Shown here: positions 46,741-55,517 of the stretch, piece by piece
Numbering within the stretch: position 1 is the first letter of the stretch
How the letters are laid out: each line of letters starts with the position of its first letter
Source of the DNA: a virus
Lineage: Duplodnaviria; Caudoviricetes
Virus record (IMG/VR): IMGVR_UViG_3300045454_000013
Coordinates: 1 to 55,517 of that record
Length of the DNA stretch: 55,517 bases
Direction: 5' to 3' (one strand)
Made by a program: the position numbers and the translations under genes
The notes under the pieces: model-generated
What the model was told of the DNA's origin: nothing
What the model saw: only the letters and a program-made list of their open reading frames with translations
The model's database searches: none

Positions 46741-47150
46741 GCGTCCGGTGCCTCCTTGATCTCACCGGTGCCCAGGTCGACATCCACGCCGGCGTCGCGG
46801 ATGTCCTCTTCCCACAGCGGCATCGCCGACGGGTCCGTGCGCTGCAGCCGGTTCCCGTCGCCGACGAACGCCATCGAACCCTCACGGGTCCGCTCAGGCG
46901 TCTTGAGGCGGATGGTGTCGTTGACGATGACCGCATGACCGCCGCCGTCGACCGGCTTCACTTCGAAAGTCACCGAGAGGGTGCCTTTCTTGCCGGTCGC
47001 TTTGACCTCCTCGATGAGCTTCGCGAGGTTCTCCGCGAGCTCAACGTCAGTCTTCGGCCGGATGCTCGCGAGCATCGCGGCGAAGCTGTCAGGCCCGCTC
47101 GGGCCTTTGTTCTTCTCTGCCACCTGGTCTCCTTCCATAGGGGTGGTCAT
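46737..47150 (-). CDS. Conserved partner of DUF2303
   Basis: VKATGKKGTLSVTF..GNRLQRTDP. Confidence 0.75.
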   Translation of the reverse strand: MTTPMEGDQVAEKNKGPSGPDSFAAMLASIRPKTDVELAENLAKLIEEVKATGKKGTLSVTFEVKPVDGGGHAVIVNDTIRLKTPERTREGSMAFVGDGNRLQRTDPSAMPLWEEDIRDAGVDVDLGTGEIKEAPDA

Positions 47151-47374
47151 GGTGTCGTCTCGCTCTCGTAGTACGGGGCAGACGGGTCGAACCGCAGGGC
47201 GCCTTCGTCCCACAGCTCGCTCGCGGCGCGCTCGAGAAACTTCTCGCGGACGTACTCGAACGCGACCGGCCACGGGATGTCGTTGCCGTGCAGCGCGTAC
47301 AGCGTCATGGCGCGCGCTTCGATCCGCGCGAGGTCTTCGCGGACGTAGACGTCGTAGTCTCGGTGAGCGGTCAT
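47147..47374 (-). CDS. Hypothetical protein
   Basis: ATGA-coupled. Confidence 0.6.
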   Translation of the reverse strand: MTAHRDYDVYVREDLARIEARAMTLYALHGNDIPWPVAFEYVREKFLERAASELWDEGALRFDPSAPYYESETTP

Positions 47375-47817
47375 CGGGTGCTGCCCATCCCGACCATGCC
47401 GCCGTACTTCTTGTTGATGTTCATGAGCGCGAACGACCGGTTCTGCAGCGACTTCAGCATCTCTTCCGCGTAGCGGAGCTTCTCCTTCGCGAGGTTCAGT
47501 TCGTGGCGTTCCTGGCGGGTCTTCGATGTCGCGTACTGGCGGGCGAGCTGCGCGCCGGACTTCTCGTGCATGACCATGTAGTCCGAGAACGCGGCCTCGT
47601 ACTTCTCCTCGGCGCGGTGCCGGTCTTCGTACAGGAGGGTCACAACGACGCGGCAGTGCGCGAGGAGGTCGTCGAGTTCGAGGATCTTCTGATCCATCTC
47701 GTGCGACCCGACCGGGGTGCCGTACAGGCCCGCGGGAACCGCGAGCATTTCGAGCACTGCGGTCTCAGACTCTGGGCGGCGAAGCTCGCCGGTGGCGCCG
47801 TCGATGATGTCGCTCAT
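47371..47817 (-). CDS. Coiled-coil protein, weakly UvsY-like
   Basis: Helical heptad pattern; located in the recombination cluster. Confidence 0.55.
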   Translation of the reverse strand: MSDIIDGATGELRRPESETAVLEMLAVPAGLYGTPVGSHEMDQKILELDDLLAHCRVVVTLLYEDRHRAEEKYEAAFSDYMVMHEKSGAQLARQYATSKTRQERHELNLAKEKLRYAEEMLKSLQNRSFALMNINKKYGGMVGMGSTR

Positions 47818-48071
47818 GAGGTTTCACCGCCCCGACGTTCCTCGATCTCGTCGATCGCGAACGCGAACCTCCACCTGATCGAATCGCGTGCGTGCTCGCG
47901 GAGCGCCTCAGCGAGCGGCAAGCTCTGGTCAATCGTCAGCAAGAAGCTTCTTTCGGTGGCCAGCGCCAGACTGTTCGCCATGACCTGAGCGATCAGGTCC
48001 ACAAACGGCTCGTAGTGAGCAAGTGGCTTCCCCGTGACTGCTGTCACGGAAGCCGATCTGGCGGCGCTCAC
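47814..48071 (-). CDS. Hypothetical protein
   Basis: 4-bp overlaps at both ends. Confidence 0.55.
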   Translation of the reverse strand: MSAARSASVTAVTGKPLAHYEPFVDLIAQVMANSLALATERSFLLTIDQSLPLAEALREHARDSIRWRFAFAIDEIEERRGGETS

Positions 48072-49012
48072 GGCTGCACCTCCCCGCGTTCGACTGCGGC
48101 GTCGAACTCAGCCGCGGCCACCGCGTCGTAGTCCTCCTCAGTGGGTTCCCCGGGCGCCGGATCGGGGGAGGAAGACGGCTCAGCGCCCGGGGAAGACTCT
48201 TCGACGACATCCGCGTCGACCGTGTTCGCTTCGTCCCGCGCACGAGCAGCGAGCACCGCCGCGCGCGCCCGGTAAAGCGCCCGGATCTTATCGGTGCCCT
48301 CGCCTTTCGCGGCCAGCCGAGCACCGATCTCCTCAAGCTCAGCACTCGACCCGGCAGTGGCGATCAGATCGACCCAGTCCTCAGACGGCTCAGGATCAGG
48401 ATCAGAGAGAGGGATTCCGCCGTCGGTGAGCTCCTCAGTTGCGTACATCCCGAGCGTGACGTCCGAGAATCCCTCCCGGCCAACCTCCGCGATCGCACGC
48501 CACACTGGCATGACCTCGGCATACGCCTCCCACGGCTTCACCGCGCCCTTATCTGATCGGGCGCGGACCTCCCACACCCCATCCGCGTTGGGTTGGTACG
48601 AATCGACCAGGCGCGCACGGATCGCTCGCGGGATATCCCACGTGGCAGTGAAGGTCTCGCCGGTGTCGGTGATCGTCCCGATCACGGTTACTGAGTAGTC
48701 ACCGGTGGGGATACTCCCCGACTTCACGACCTCGAGCTTGTTCCCCGCCTTGCGGATCAGCGCGGCAATCAGACGCGCCGACAACGTCGCGCGCCCTTCA
48801 ACGACGTCAATCGACTGCAGTGCGGCCATAGGGTGCAGACCCAGCATCGAGCCGGTCTCCATCACCAGCAGGACCTTCGCGGGCGAAGGCTTCCCGGTGG
48901 ACGGATCGAATAGGCCCTTCGGGATCATCTGCCCCGCGGCGGCGATCGTGTTCGCATACTTCATGCGGTCGTTGAGTGACGCGGATTCATATGGTGCGAC
49001 AGCGGTAGACAT
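48068..49012 (-). CDS. RecT-like single-strand annealing protein
   Basis: GSMLGLHPMAALQSIDVVEGR, W..Y..M, DVTLGMYATEE; adjacent to the exonuclease. Confidence 0.8.
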   Translation of the reverse strand: MSTAVAPYESASLNDRMKYANTIAAAGQMIPKGLFDPSTGKPSPAKVLLVMETGSMLGLHPMAALQSIDVVEGRATLSARLIAALIRKAGNKLEVVKSGSIPTGDYSVTVIGTITDTGETFTATWDIPRAIRARLVDSYQPNADGVWEVRARSDKGAVKPWEAYAEVMPVWRAIAEVGREGFSDVTLGMYATEELTDGGIPLSDPDPEPSEDWVDLIATAGSSAELEEIGARLAAKGEGTDKIRALYRARAAVLAARARDEANTVDADVVEESSPGAEPSSSPDPAPGEPTEEDYDAVAAAEFDAAVERGEVQP

Positions 49013-49632
49013 CAGAACGGGGTCCTTACGGTGAGAGCCGCGTCGAGGGCGGCGAGAACGGCGTGCGCGATGGGCACGATGAGTTCGGTGGCCGCGACGA
49101 TCCGGGGGTCGTCGCGGCGGAAAGTGATCGACTGCGGTGGGCGACGCAGCCGCCACCCGACAGGTGAGCGCGGGTCAGGGACGATCTCGCCCCACACCCA
49201 CTCCGCGTGCACGGCTTCGGGGACGCAGTACATCTGCCACGCGAGCTGCCTGACCTCATACGGGGTCGGGCCGGCCACCACACGGTTGTGCTTCGTCTTG
49301 GTCTCAACGATCGCGAAATCGTCACCCAGAGGCTTGACGCCGTCGATGGTCGCGCCGAAGCGACGGTTCTCCGGGTGGTGGATGAACAACGAGTTCGGGC
49401 GGGCATCAACGGCGCCGAGAAGCGCGGGCTCCCAGTCGTTCCCCGAACGAGTCGACTCGTTGCCGGAAAAGGTGCGCGGCTCGAGGATCTGCCGCACGTA
49501 GATCTCCACCGACCCGGGCTTCGCGAACTTCCCCGCCGTCGACGACCCGATCACCCGGTCATGCACAGCGAGCCACGAGTCGCGGTCAGCGGAATCCGCC
49601 AGGGTCCGACCCAGCTCGGCGAGGGCGCTCAC
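49012..49632 (-). CDS. YqaJ / RecE-like exonuclease
   Basis: IGSS, GNDWE, ATIDG, VETKT, QLAWQM. Confidence 0.88.
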   Translation of the reverse strand: MSALAELGRTLADSADRDSWLAVHDRVIGSSTAGKFAKPGSVEIYVRQILEPRTFSGNESTRSGNDWEPALLGAVDARPNSLFIHHPENRRFGATIDGVKPLGDDFAIVETKTKHNRVVAGPTPYEVRQLAWQMYCVPEAVHAEWVWGEIVPDPRSPVGWRLRRPPQSITFRRDDPRIVAATELIVPIAHAVLAALDAALTVRTPF

Positions 49633-49904
49633 AGCAGCCCCCCGAGCGCACGCCGCAGCTCAGCGACCGCGATCGACCTCTTGAGAAGCCCTTCCCAGAC
49701 ATCCTCGGGAAGGGAGACCCAGATCAGCGACGCGCGGCCATCCGAGTCGACGCCGACCTTCCACAGGGACCGCTCATAGACGAGCGCGCCGGTGATCAAC
49801 GTGTCGACGTGCGCTTGGATCGCGTCCCGCATGTTCGATGTGTCGGTGTCCTGGCAGGATGCGCAGTGCTTCGCGGCGAACTCGACCACAGTCATATCGG
49901 TCAC
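49629..49904 (-). CDS. Hypothetical protein
   Basis: GTGA-coupled. Confidence 0.55.
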   Translation of the reverse strand: MTDMTVVEFAAKHCASCQDTDTSNMRDAIQAHVDTLITGALVYERSLWKVGVDSDGRASLIWVSLPEDVWEGLLKRSIAVAELRRALGGLL

Positions 49905-50146
49905 AGCTGGCCCCCATGCTCGAGCGCGAACCGGACGCCATCCCAGAACCCAGTGCGGTGGCCCTGCCGGTACGACACGGTCCCGTACCGGTTCCCGATC
50001 CGCTTCACAGCGACCAGTTCCGCAGCGGCCTGAGCGAGCCCGTGCTCTTCCCGTAGTCGGGTCATGTCGATCGGGTCAGCGGTGGGAGCCTCTTCGGCGA
50101 CCGGTGCCGATGCCACCGGCGCCCACGGGTCAGTTGTCTCAGCCAT
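49901..50146 (-). CDS. Hypothetical protein
   Basis: GGGAG RBS; overlaps neighbours. Confidence 0.55.
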   Translation of the reverse strand: MAETTDPWAPVASAPVAEEAPTADPIDMTRLREEHGLAQAAAELVAVKRIGNRYGTVSYRQGHRTGFWDGVRFALEHGGQL

Positions 50147-51350
50147 CAGCGAGGCTCCCGTCGACGATCGTGAACCCGATCTGCCGGGACTCATCCCGAT
50201 CCCGCTCGACCAGCACGGTGTACCCGCGCTGCTCGGCGAGTTCCCGAATCCCTTCGAGAGAGTCGGAATCGAGCAGGTCTCCGTCGCGGATGATCACGAG
50301 GCGGAGCTTCGGTTCCCCGGCAGTGGCGATCGCGAACGCGACCTTCCGGCGCGCCGCGGAGTTCACCTGAGAGAACGGGATGCCGCCGAACGTCACTCCG
50401 TCATCGGTGACCGACAGCCCATCAACGGGGAAGGATGCGGCGGCAAGGCCCGCAGTCTTCTTCGCCTCGACGGCGTCGATGTCCGCCTGCGCGGCCTCGT
50501 GCGCTGCTCGCGCCGCCGCGAGCTCAGAGGAGACGCGCGCGTGCTCCCTCGCCATGCGTACGCCCGCGTTCGTCTCTTCGATGCGGTCCAGGTCAGCCCG
50601 GAGCGTGATCACATCGACCTGATCTCGCCGTTCGATCTCCTCAAGGTCCGCGAGAGCCGCGCGGGCATCCTCGATCTGCCTCTCCAACTCGCTGATCCGG
50701 GCGCGCGTCTGCGCAGCCATGTCGCGTGCGCTCCGGATCTGATAGTTCTGCTCCTCCGCTGCGCGGAGCTTCGCTACAAGATCGGCGGCAGACACCTCCT
50801 CAACGGGCGTCCCGGGTGCAGGCTTCGGGAGCGACGCGAGCGCCCCCTCAAGCCGCTTCACTTCCCGGCCAGCCTCAAGTCGACGCTGCTCCGCGCCAGC
50901 CTTCTCACGGTCCAGCGCGTCGAGATCGAACGGCAGGTCGACCTTCGCGAGCAGCGCGTCACGCTGTTTCTTCTCGTCGAGGTTCAGGAACGCGACCGGG
51001 TCGAAGATCAGACCGCCGGTGAGTTCCGCGAGCATGTCAGCGGGCTTCGAGTACTTCGCGCCATCCAACGCGAACACCTCAAGCCTCCCGGCGTCGTTGC
51101 GTCGCCATGTGCGCACCACGCGGATGCCGAGATCCGTGTCGGTGAACTCGGCGCGGGCCTCATCCTCACCATCGTGAATCGGCTTCGGTGTCAGGCGGGT
51201 GCCCTTCGGGTCGAACAACTCGACGAAAGCGTCAATGAAGCTCGACTTCCCGGCGCCGTTCGCGCCTGCCACGACGACGAGCGAACCGGTGGGGGAGAGA
51301 GTGATCTCGCGGACACCCTTGAAGTTCTTCACGGTGAATGTCTGGCTCAT
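50139..51350 (-). CDS. SMC / RecN-like AAA ATPase
   Basis: VKNFKGV, GANGAGKS, coiled coil, IIRDG. Confidence 0.88.
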   Translation of the reverse strand: MSQTFTVKNFKGVREITLSPTGSLVVVAGANGAGKSSFIDAFVELFDPKGTRLTPKPIHDGEDEARAEFTDTDLGIRVVRTWRRNDAGRLEVFALDGAKYSKPADMLAELTGGLIFDPVAFLNLDEKKQRDALLAKVDLPFDLDALDREKAGAEQRRLEAGREVKRLEGALASLPKPAPGTPVEEVSAADLVAKLRAAEEQNYQIRSARDMAAQTRARISELERQIEDARAALADLEEIERRDQVDVITLRADLDRIEETNAGVRMAREHARVSSELAAARAAHEAAQADIDAVEAKKTAGLAAASFPVDGLSVTDDGVTFGGIPFSQVNSAARRKVAFAIATAGEPKLRLVIIRDGDLLDSDSLEGIRELAEQRGYTVLVERDRDESRQIGFTIVDGSLADG

Positions 51351-52633
51351 CGCTCCGTCTCCTCACGGATCGCGGCTTCGATGACCTCCGGCGACGGTGC
51401 CATCCCCAGGCGGCGAAGCACCCGGGTCAGCAGACGGTCAGCGGCGCGCCGGGTAGCGGCGCGCTCCGCGACGGGGGTCGGCGTCTTCTGCGGTTTCGTG
51501 AACGGGATGCCGGCGCGCTTGCGGGCCATCCGGGCTGCGGTGCTCATCGGTTCACCGCCCACTGTGCGCCAGCGACGAATGCGTCATGCTCGGCGGCACG
51601 AACAGAGTGGGTGTCCGAACCGAAGTTGACGGGCTGCCGCAGGTACTCCGCGGCTGCCTCCTCGACATCAGCGGCACGCTCCTCAAGCGCTGCAGCGTCC
51701 TCCATGATGCTGACCTTTCTGTTGGTGAAATCCCATGCCGCGGCGGCGAAAGCCGCGGCCATCAGTACGACACCGAGCACGGTGATCCCGTTGACGGATC
51801 CCATCGCCGCCGTCCCGGCCGCCAGCCCGAGTCCGATGCCAGCGGTGAACACAATCGCGGCGGCCATCAGTCGGTCCTTTCCCAGCAGGAAGCGCCGCAG
51901 CGCGGGCATTTCGCTTCCAGGTATCCGCCGTCACCACCGACGACGCGCATGTCCCCGACGAACTCGCATTCGGGGCACTGGGTGTCGATCACCGCACACC
52001 TCCGAGCACGACGCCGCCCCAGATCATCAGGACCGTGCAGACGACGATGAAGACAGCACCGAGAGCGGCGGCGGCCCGCTCCCACCACGCCATCCGGACC
52101 GGCACCTCAACCGTCGGGAACGGGAGAGTTGACGGCTGCGCTTCCGCGCGCTCACACCGACACACGCCGCCCCACAGGTCGCGGGCGGCTTTCTCCTGGT
52201 CAGGTGTCGCGGCGGTCCACTTGGCCCCGTCGATGACGAACTCACGCTGATGGCGGGCGTTGAGAAAACTGGTGACGAGCGGGTTATCCGCGCATCCGCG
52301 AGCGCCAGCCCACGTCTTGGCTCCCGGGTTCACGTGCACGAAGTTCGTGCCCTCCCCGAGATACAGACGGTCGGTCTGTACGATGTTGGTCTGGGACACT
52401 TCCCTGTCCTTTCTGATTCGCCCCCGTTGCCCCGGGGGCGTTTCTCTTGTTCAGGCCGCGAGAACGCGGCAACGGGTCGCGGCGAAACGCTGGGCGATCT
52501 CTTCCGGCGGTGGCCCGCCGGGCCGCCATGCGCGGGCCGCAGCTTCCGCGGGTGTGAGGGTGTCGAGGATTCGGCCCTGCTCGACGACGAGCGCGGAGAC
52601 TTCGCTGAGCGCTTGCTCGAGGGTCTTCATCAC
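51347..52633 (-). CDS. Run of small early genes (51347-51547, 51544-51867 membrane, 51867-51992 Zn-ribbon, 51989-52399, 52451-52633)
   Basis: Chained stop/start overlaps downstream of Cro. Confidence 0.55.
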
Positions 52634-52878
52634 GCCACCGCCCGGACCTTCGCGGGCTTGTCGGTGACGATGTCGAACGCTTCGCCGAGGCCGAAGCCGA
52701 ACGCTTCGCAGAACCCGGCCATGAACGCGCCGGACGGCTGGGCGCCATCGAGCACGACCCGGCGGAGAGTCGACCGGTCCACACCGATCAGGCGGGCGAA
52801 CGCATCCTCGGACTGGATGCCCCGCGACTCTCGCAGCCGGTCGACAATGCCCGGCTTGATACGGATCGACGCCGCCAT
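52630..52878 (-). CDS. Cro-like HTH regulator
   Basis: SEDAFARLIGVDRSTLRRV; GGAGGT RBS; divergent from the repressor. Confidence 0.85.
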   Translation of the reverse strand: MAASIRIKPGIVDRLRESRGIQSEDAFARLIGVDRSTLRRVVLDGAQPSGAFMAGFCEAFGFGLGEAFDIVTDKPAKVRAVA

Positions 52879-53047
52879 TCTTACCTCCCCAGGTGAAGCA
52901 GCTTTGCTAAGTAATGTGGCAAGTCTGCCACAAAACCGAGACAGCTCAAGGTGGAAGTGCCACAATGTTGCAAAATTGCGTGGCTAAATCGCGCCAGTTA
53001 TGGCGAAACAGATTGACTCTGTAGCGAAAGTGCTACAAGCTGGGCGC
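52879..53047. promoter_or_regulatory. Lysis/lysogeny switch region with palindromic operators
   Basis: AT-rich; TGTGGCA-AGTC-TGCCACA (52915-52932), TGTAGCG-AAAG-TGCTACA (53020-53037), half-sites near 52958-52972, TTGACT at 53013. Confidence 0.75.
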
Positions 53048-53494
53048 ATGCCACCCACTCTGACTGAGTACTTCCTGCGCGCCTCGGGCGCCCGCAGCAT
53101 CCGCGCTGTCGCGCGAGCCATCGACATGGACCAATCCACGCTCCGCCGCCAACTCACCGGCACCAACGCGCTCCCCGTCGAAACCGTGGTCGCGATCTGC
53201 CGGGCCTTCCGGATCCCCCTCGCGGACGCCTTCGTCGCCGCCGGGTACATCACCGAAGAGGAAGCCAAGACCATCGGATCTGACCGGAGCCTTGCAGCCG
53301 CGACCGACCGGGAACTCACCGCCGAAATGGTCCGCCGCCTCAACAGAGGGGAAGCAGGCCCTGACATCACCGACCCGATCAGCGACGAGATCATCCGCGA
53401 CGCCATCCCTTACATCGGCCCCGCCGCCGTGCCAGATCAGATCGCCGCCGACACCCGGCCCCGCAAAGGCGACGAACCGCCCGTGGCGGAGTGA
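53048..53494 (+). CDS. Immunity repressor (HTH, ImmR-like)
   Basis: SIRAVARAIDMDQSTLRRQL; upstream of the protease and integrase. Confidence 0.85.
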   Translation: MPPTLTEYFLRASGARSIRAVARAIDMDQSTLRRQLTGTNALPVETVVAICRAFRIPLADAFVAAGYITEEEAKTIGSDRSLAAATDRELTAEMVRRLNRGEAGPDITDPISDEIIRDAIPYIGPAAVPDQIAADTRPRKGDEPPVAE

Positions 53495-53976
53495 GTGTCC
53501 GAGGTGCTCACGAAGGTATCGACATGACGAACCAGGGACGCCTCAAGCAGCTCGTCGCACGGGCAGCGGAAATGGGAGTCAGCGTGCACATCGCGCACCT
53601 GCCCCCGCCGTACCGCGGTTTCTACGAGCACGAAGCCCACCGGATCGTGCTGGACTTCACCCTCACCCCGAACGAGCAAGCCTCGGTGCTCGCCCACGAA
53701 CTCGGGCACGCCCACCACGGTCACGCCTGCGAGGGCAACGCTGATGCCGAGCGGCTCGCCGACACCTACGCGGCGATGCTCATGATCGACCCCGATGACT
53801 TCGCGGCCGCCGAACGCATCAGCAGCGACCGGCACTTCCTCGCCGACGAGCTCAACGTGACCACCGAACTGATCGACGCATACCGTGCGCACTGCCTGAC
53901 CCGCCTCCGCGGCGTCACCTACGCGCGACCCCGGATGGGTGTCCGGCAATGGGCATACCGGAGCTCAAATGCGTAG
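53491..53976 (+). CDS. ImmA/IrrE-family metallopeptidase (antirepressor)
   Basis: LAHELGHAHHGH..ERLADTYAA; possible start at 53524. Confidence 0.9.
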   Translation: MSVRGAHEGIDMTNQGRLKQLVARAAEMGVSVHIAHLPPPYRGFYEHEAHRIVLDFTLTPNEQASVLAHELGHAHHGHACEGNADAERLADTYAAMLMIDPDDFAAAERISSDRHFLADELNVTTELIDAYRAHCLTRLRGVTYARPRMGVRQWAYRSSNA

Positions 53977-55390
53977 GCTCCGCGCCGCGACCGACTCGCC
54001 GCTCCGCGCGGTGATCTACCTGCGGCAATCGCACTACCGCGAAGAATCCATCAGCCTTGAACTGCAGGAACGCGCGTGCCGCGACTACTGCGATCGCCTC
54101 GGCTATGTCGTCGTAGCGGTCGAAGCCGACCCGGGGATCTCCGGGCGCACATGGAACCGTCCCGCCGTGCAACGGGTCATGACGGCGATCGAGAACCGGG
54201 AAGCCGACGTCGTCGTCCTCTGGAAATGGTCACGGCTATCCCGGTCCCGGAAGGACTGGGCGCTCGCTCTGGACCGGGCCGACCTCGCCGGCGGCCGCAT
54301 CGAATCAGCGACGGAACCGATCGACACCGCAACCGCGTCTGGCAGGTTCGCTCGAGGCGTCATGACCGAGTATGCCGCGTTCCAGTCCGAGCAGATCGGC
54401 GAACAATGGGAGGAAGTGCGGCAGCGGCGCCTCAGGCTCGGGCTCCCCGCATCGGGACGTCTCCCGTATGGATGGAACTGGACGGCGGACGGCATCGCGC
54501 CGGACCCCGAGCAAGCGCCGGTCGTCGTCGAGATGTACGCCCGCTACCTCCGCGGATCCGGGTCTGCCGAGATCGCACGCTGGCTGAACCAACGATCCAT
54601 CCCCGGACCGAACGGCACGCCGTGGACGCGAGCGCGGCCATTGACCGTCATGGACTCACCGATCCACGCAGGCCTGATCCCGTACCGGGGCGAGACCTAC
54701 CCCGGCGCGCACGACCCGATCATCGACGACGCCACGCGAGCCGCCTACCTCCGGGAACGCGCACGCCGGCGGCGGCAGTCAGAGAAGCCACGGCCGGGCA
54801 CATACCTGCTGTCTCTGCTCATGGTCTGCTCGTGCGGATCCCGCATGGCCGGGAAGGGGGCCGTGACCGGGGGTCGCTGGTACGGCGGATACCTGTGCGG
54901 CGCGAAATCCACCGCGATCGACCACCCCGGCGCCGCCTACATCTCAGCGCTCCGCATCGAACCAGCCATCGAAGCGTGGGCGCTCTCATTCGAGATCACC
55001 GGAACAGACTCCAGCGGCTCCCGAGCAGCCGACTCCGCCCGGCACGACAGGCTCCTCCGTCAGCTCTCACAGCTCGAAGACGAAGCCGCGCAGGTGCTCC
55101 GCGACCGCGGCCGCGGCGACGCGCCACCAGCTACCTACGACCGTGCACTCGCGATGATCGACCAAGACCGCACCAGACTCACCGCCGAGATAGCAGCGGC
55201 AGCGCAAGCCATCGCCGCCGCACCGGACCCCGCCGCCGTGTACGAGATGCGCGCGGACTGGGAATTCTGGCCCACTAGCGAGCGCAACAGGGCACTGCGC
55301 TCTCTCATCGAACGAATCAAGCTTGCCGCCGACGGCTCGGCCGCCACCATCCACACCGTCGGGGGAGCCTCGTCCATCGTGCACTGGTGA
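53969..55390 (+). CDS. int: Large serine integrase
   Basis: YLRQS, DPGISG, RP, SRLSR; recombinase domain; Zn ribbon CSCG..YLC; coiled coil; abuts the att core. Confidence 0.95.
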   Translation: MRRLRAATDSPLRAVIYLRQSHYREESISLELQERACRDYCDRLGYVVVAVEADPGISGRTWNRPAVQRVMTAIENREADVVVLWKWSRLSRSRKDWALALDRADLAGGRIESATEPIDTATASGRFARGVMTEYAAFQSEQIGEQWEEVRQRRLRLGLPASGRLPYGWNWTADGIAPDPEQAPVVVEMYARYLRGSGSAEIARWLNQRSIPGPNGTPWTRARPLTVMDSPIHAGLIPYRGETYPGAHDPIIDDATRAAYLRERARRRRQSEKPRPGTYLLSLLMVCSCGSRMAGKGAVTGGRWYGGYLCGAKSTAIDHPGAAYISALRIEPAIEAWALSFEITGTDSSGSRAADSARHDRLLRQLSQLEDEAAQVLRDRGRGDAPPATYDRALAMIDQDRTRLTAEIAAAAQAIAAAPDPAAVYEMRADWEFWPTSERNRALRSLIERIKLAADGSAATIHTVGGASSIVHW

Positions 55391-55406
55391 TGGTCATCAT
55401 GCGCTC
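55391..55406 (+). repeat. Right att core TGGTCATCATGCGCTC
   Basis: Directly follows the serine integrase stop codon; identical to 112-127. Confidence 0.92.
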
Positions 55407-55464
55407 GGATGAGGTGCGCGGCATCCTCACCGACCTCGTGCGGCGCGCGCTCAGTGTCGAATGA
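55391..55464 (+). pseudogene. 3' part of host Flp-pilin-like gene
   Basis: Continues in frame from the core: VIMRSDEVRGILTDLVRRALSVE-stop. Confidence 0.85.
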
Positions 55465-55517
55465 TCCGCGACGTCGAATGATCCGTGGCGGACTCGGCGG
55501 TGATCGCGGGTCGGTCG

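Larger units (their letters stand above)
112..55406. mobile_element. Temperate siphovirus-like prophage, apparently complete
   Basis: Integration, immunity, replication, packaging, head, tail and lysis modules all present, flanked by an identical 16-bp direct repeat that splits a host gene. Confidence 0.95.

Noticed and set aside
50064-51629. 521-aa plus-strand ORF
   Set aside because: Antisense shadow of the ATPase gene
55456-55485. 13-bp direct repeat GTCGAATGATCCG
   Set aside because: Host sequence outside the att core, too little context; not a prophage boundary
1-55517. tRNA or rRNA genes
   Set aside because: None recognised by eye; a tRNAscan/Infernal run would be needed to exclude them

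Overview
The window holds one apparently complete temperate siphovirus-type prophage of about 55.3 kb in a high-GC actinobacterium, probably Microbacteriaceae (inferred from gene content and a captured RpoA C-terminal domain). It is bounded by a 16-bp direct repeat, TGGTCATCATGCGCTC (112-127 and 55391-55406), and interrupts a small Flp-pilin-like (DUF4244-type) host gene. Most genes are on the minus strand. From right to left: large serine integrase, ImmA-like protease, repressor and Cro; recombination, methylation and replication genes; an accessory region; terminases; a block of accessory genes; head, tail and lysis genes; and a second, tyrosine-type recombinase. The most unusual element is an operator-controlled module at about 29.8-32.5 kb. 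It pairs a PP-loop (PAPS-reductase-like) enzyme with three tandem Arg-rich small proteins that are otherwise unrelated but all end in R-[T/S]-S-G-S-stop, which suggests an undescribed peptide tagging or conjugation system. Other notable items: attP lies inside a Zn-ribbon ORF coupled to the integrase; an RNA polymerase alpha-CTD fusion protein; glycosyltransferase and Stealth-like genes inside the head module; an acetyltransferase next to a deacetylase-bearing tail protein; an endolysin with a nested holin-like ORF; and a gene array with conserved junction repeats. All calls rest on motif recognition and synteny; no database searches were run.
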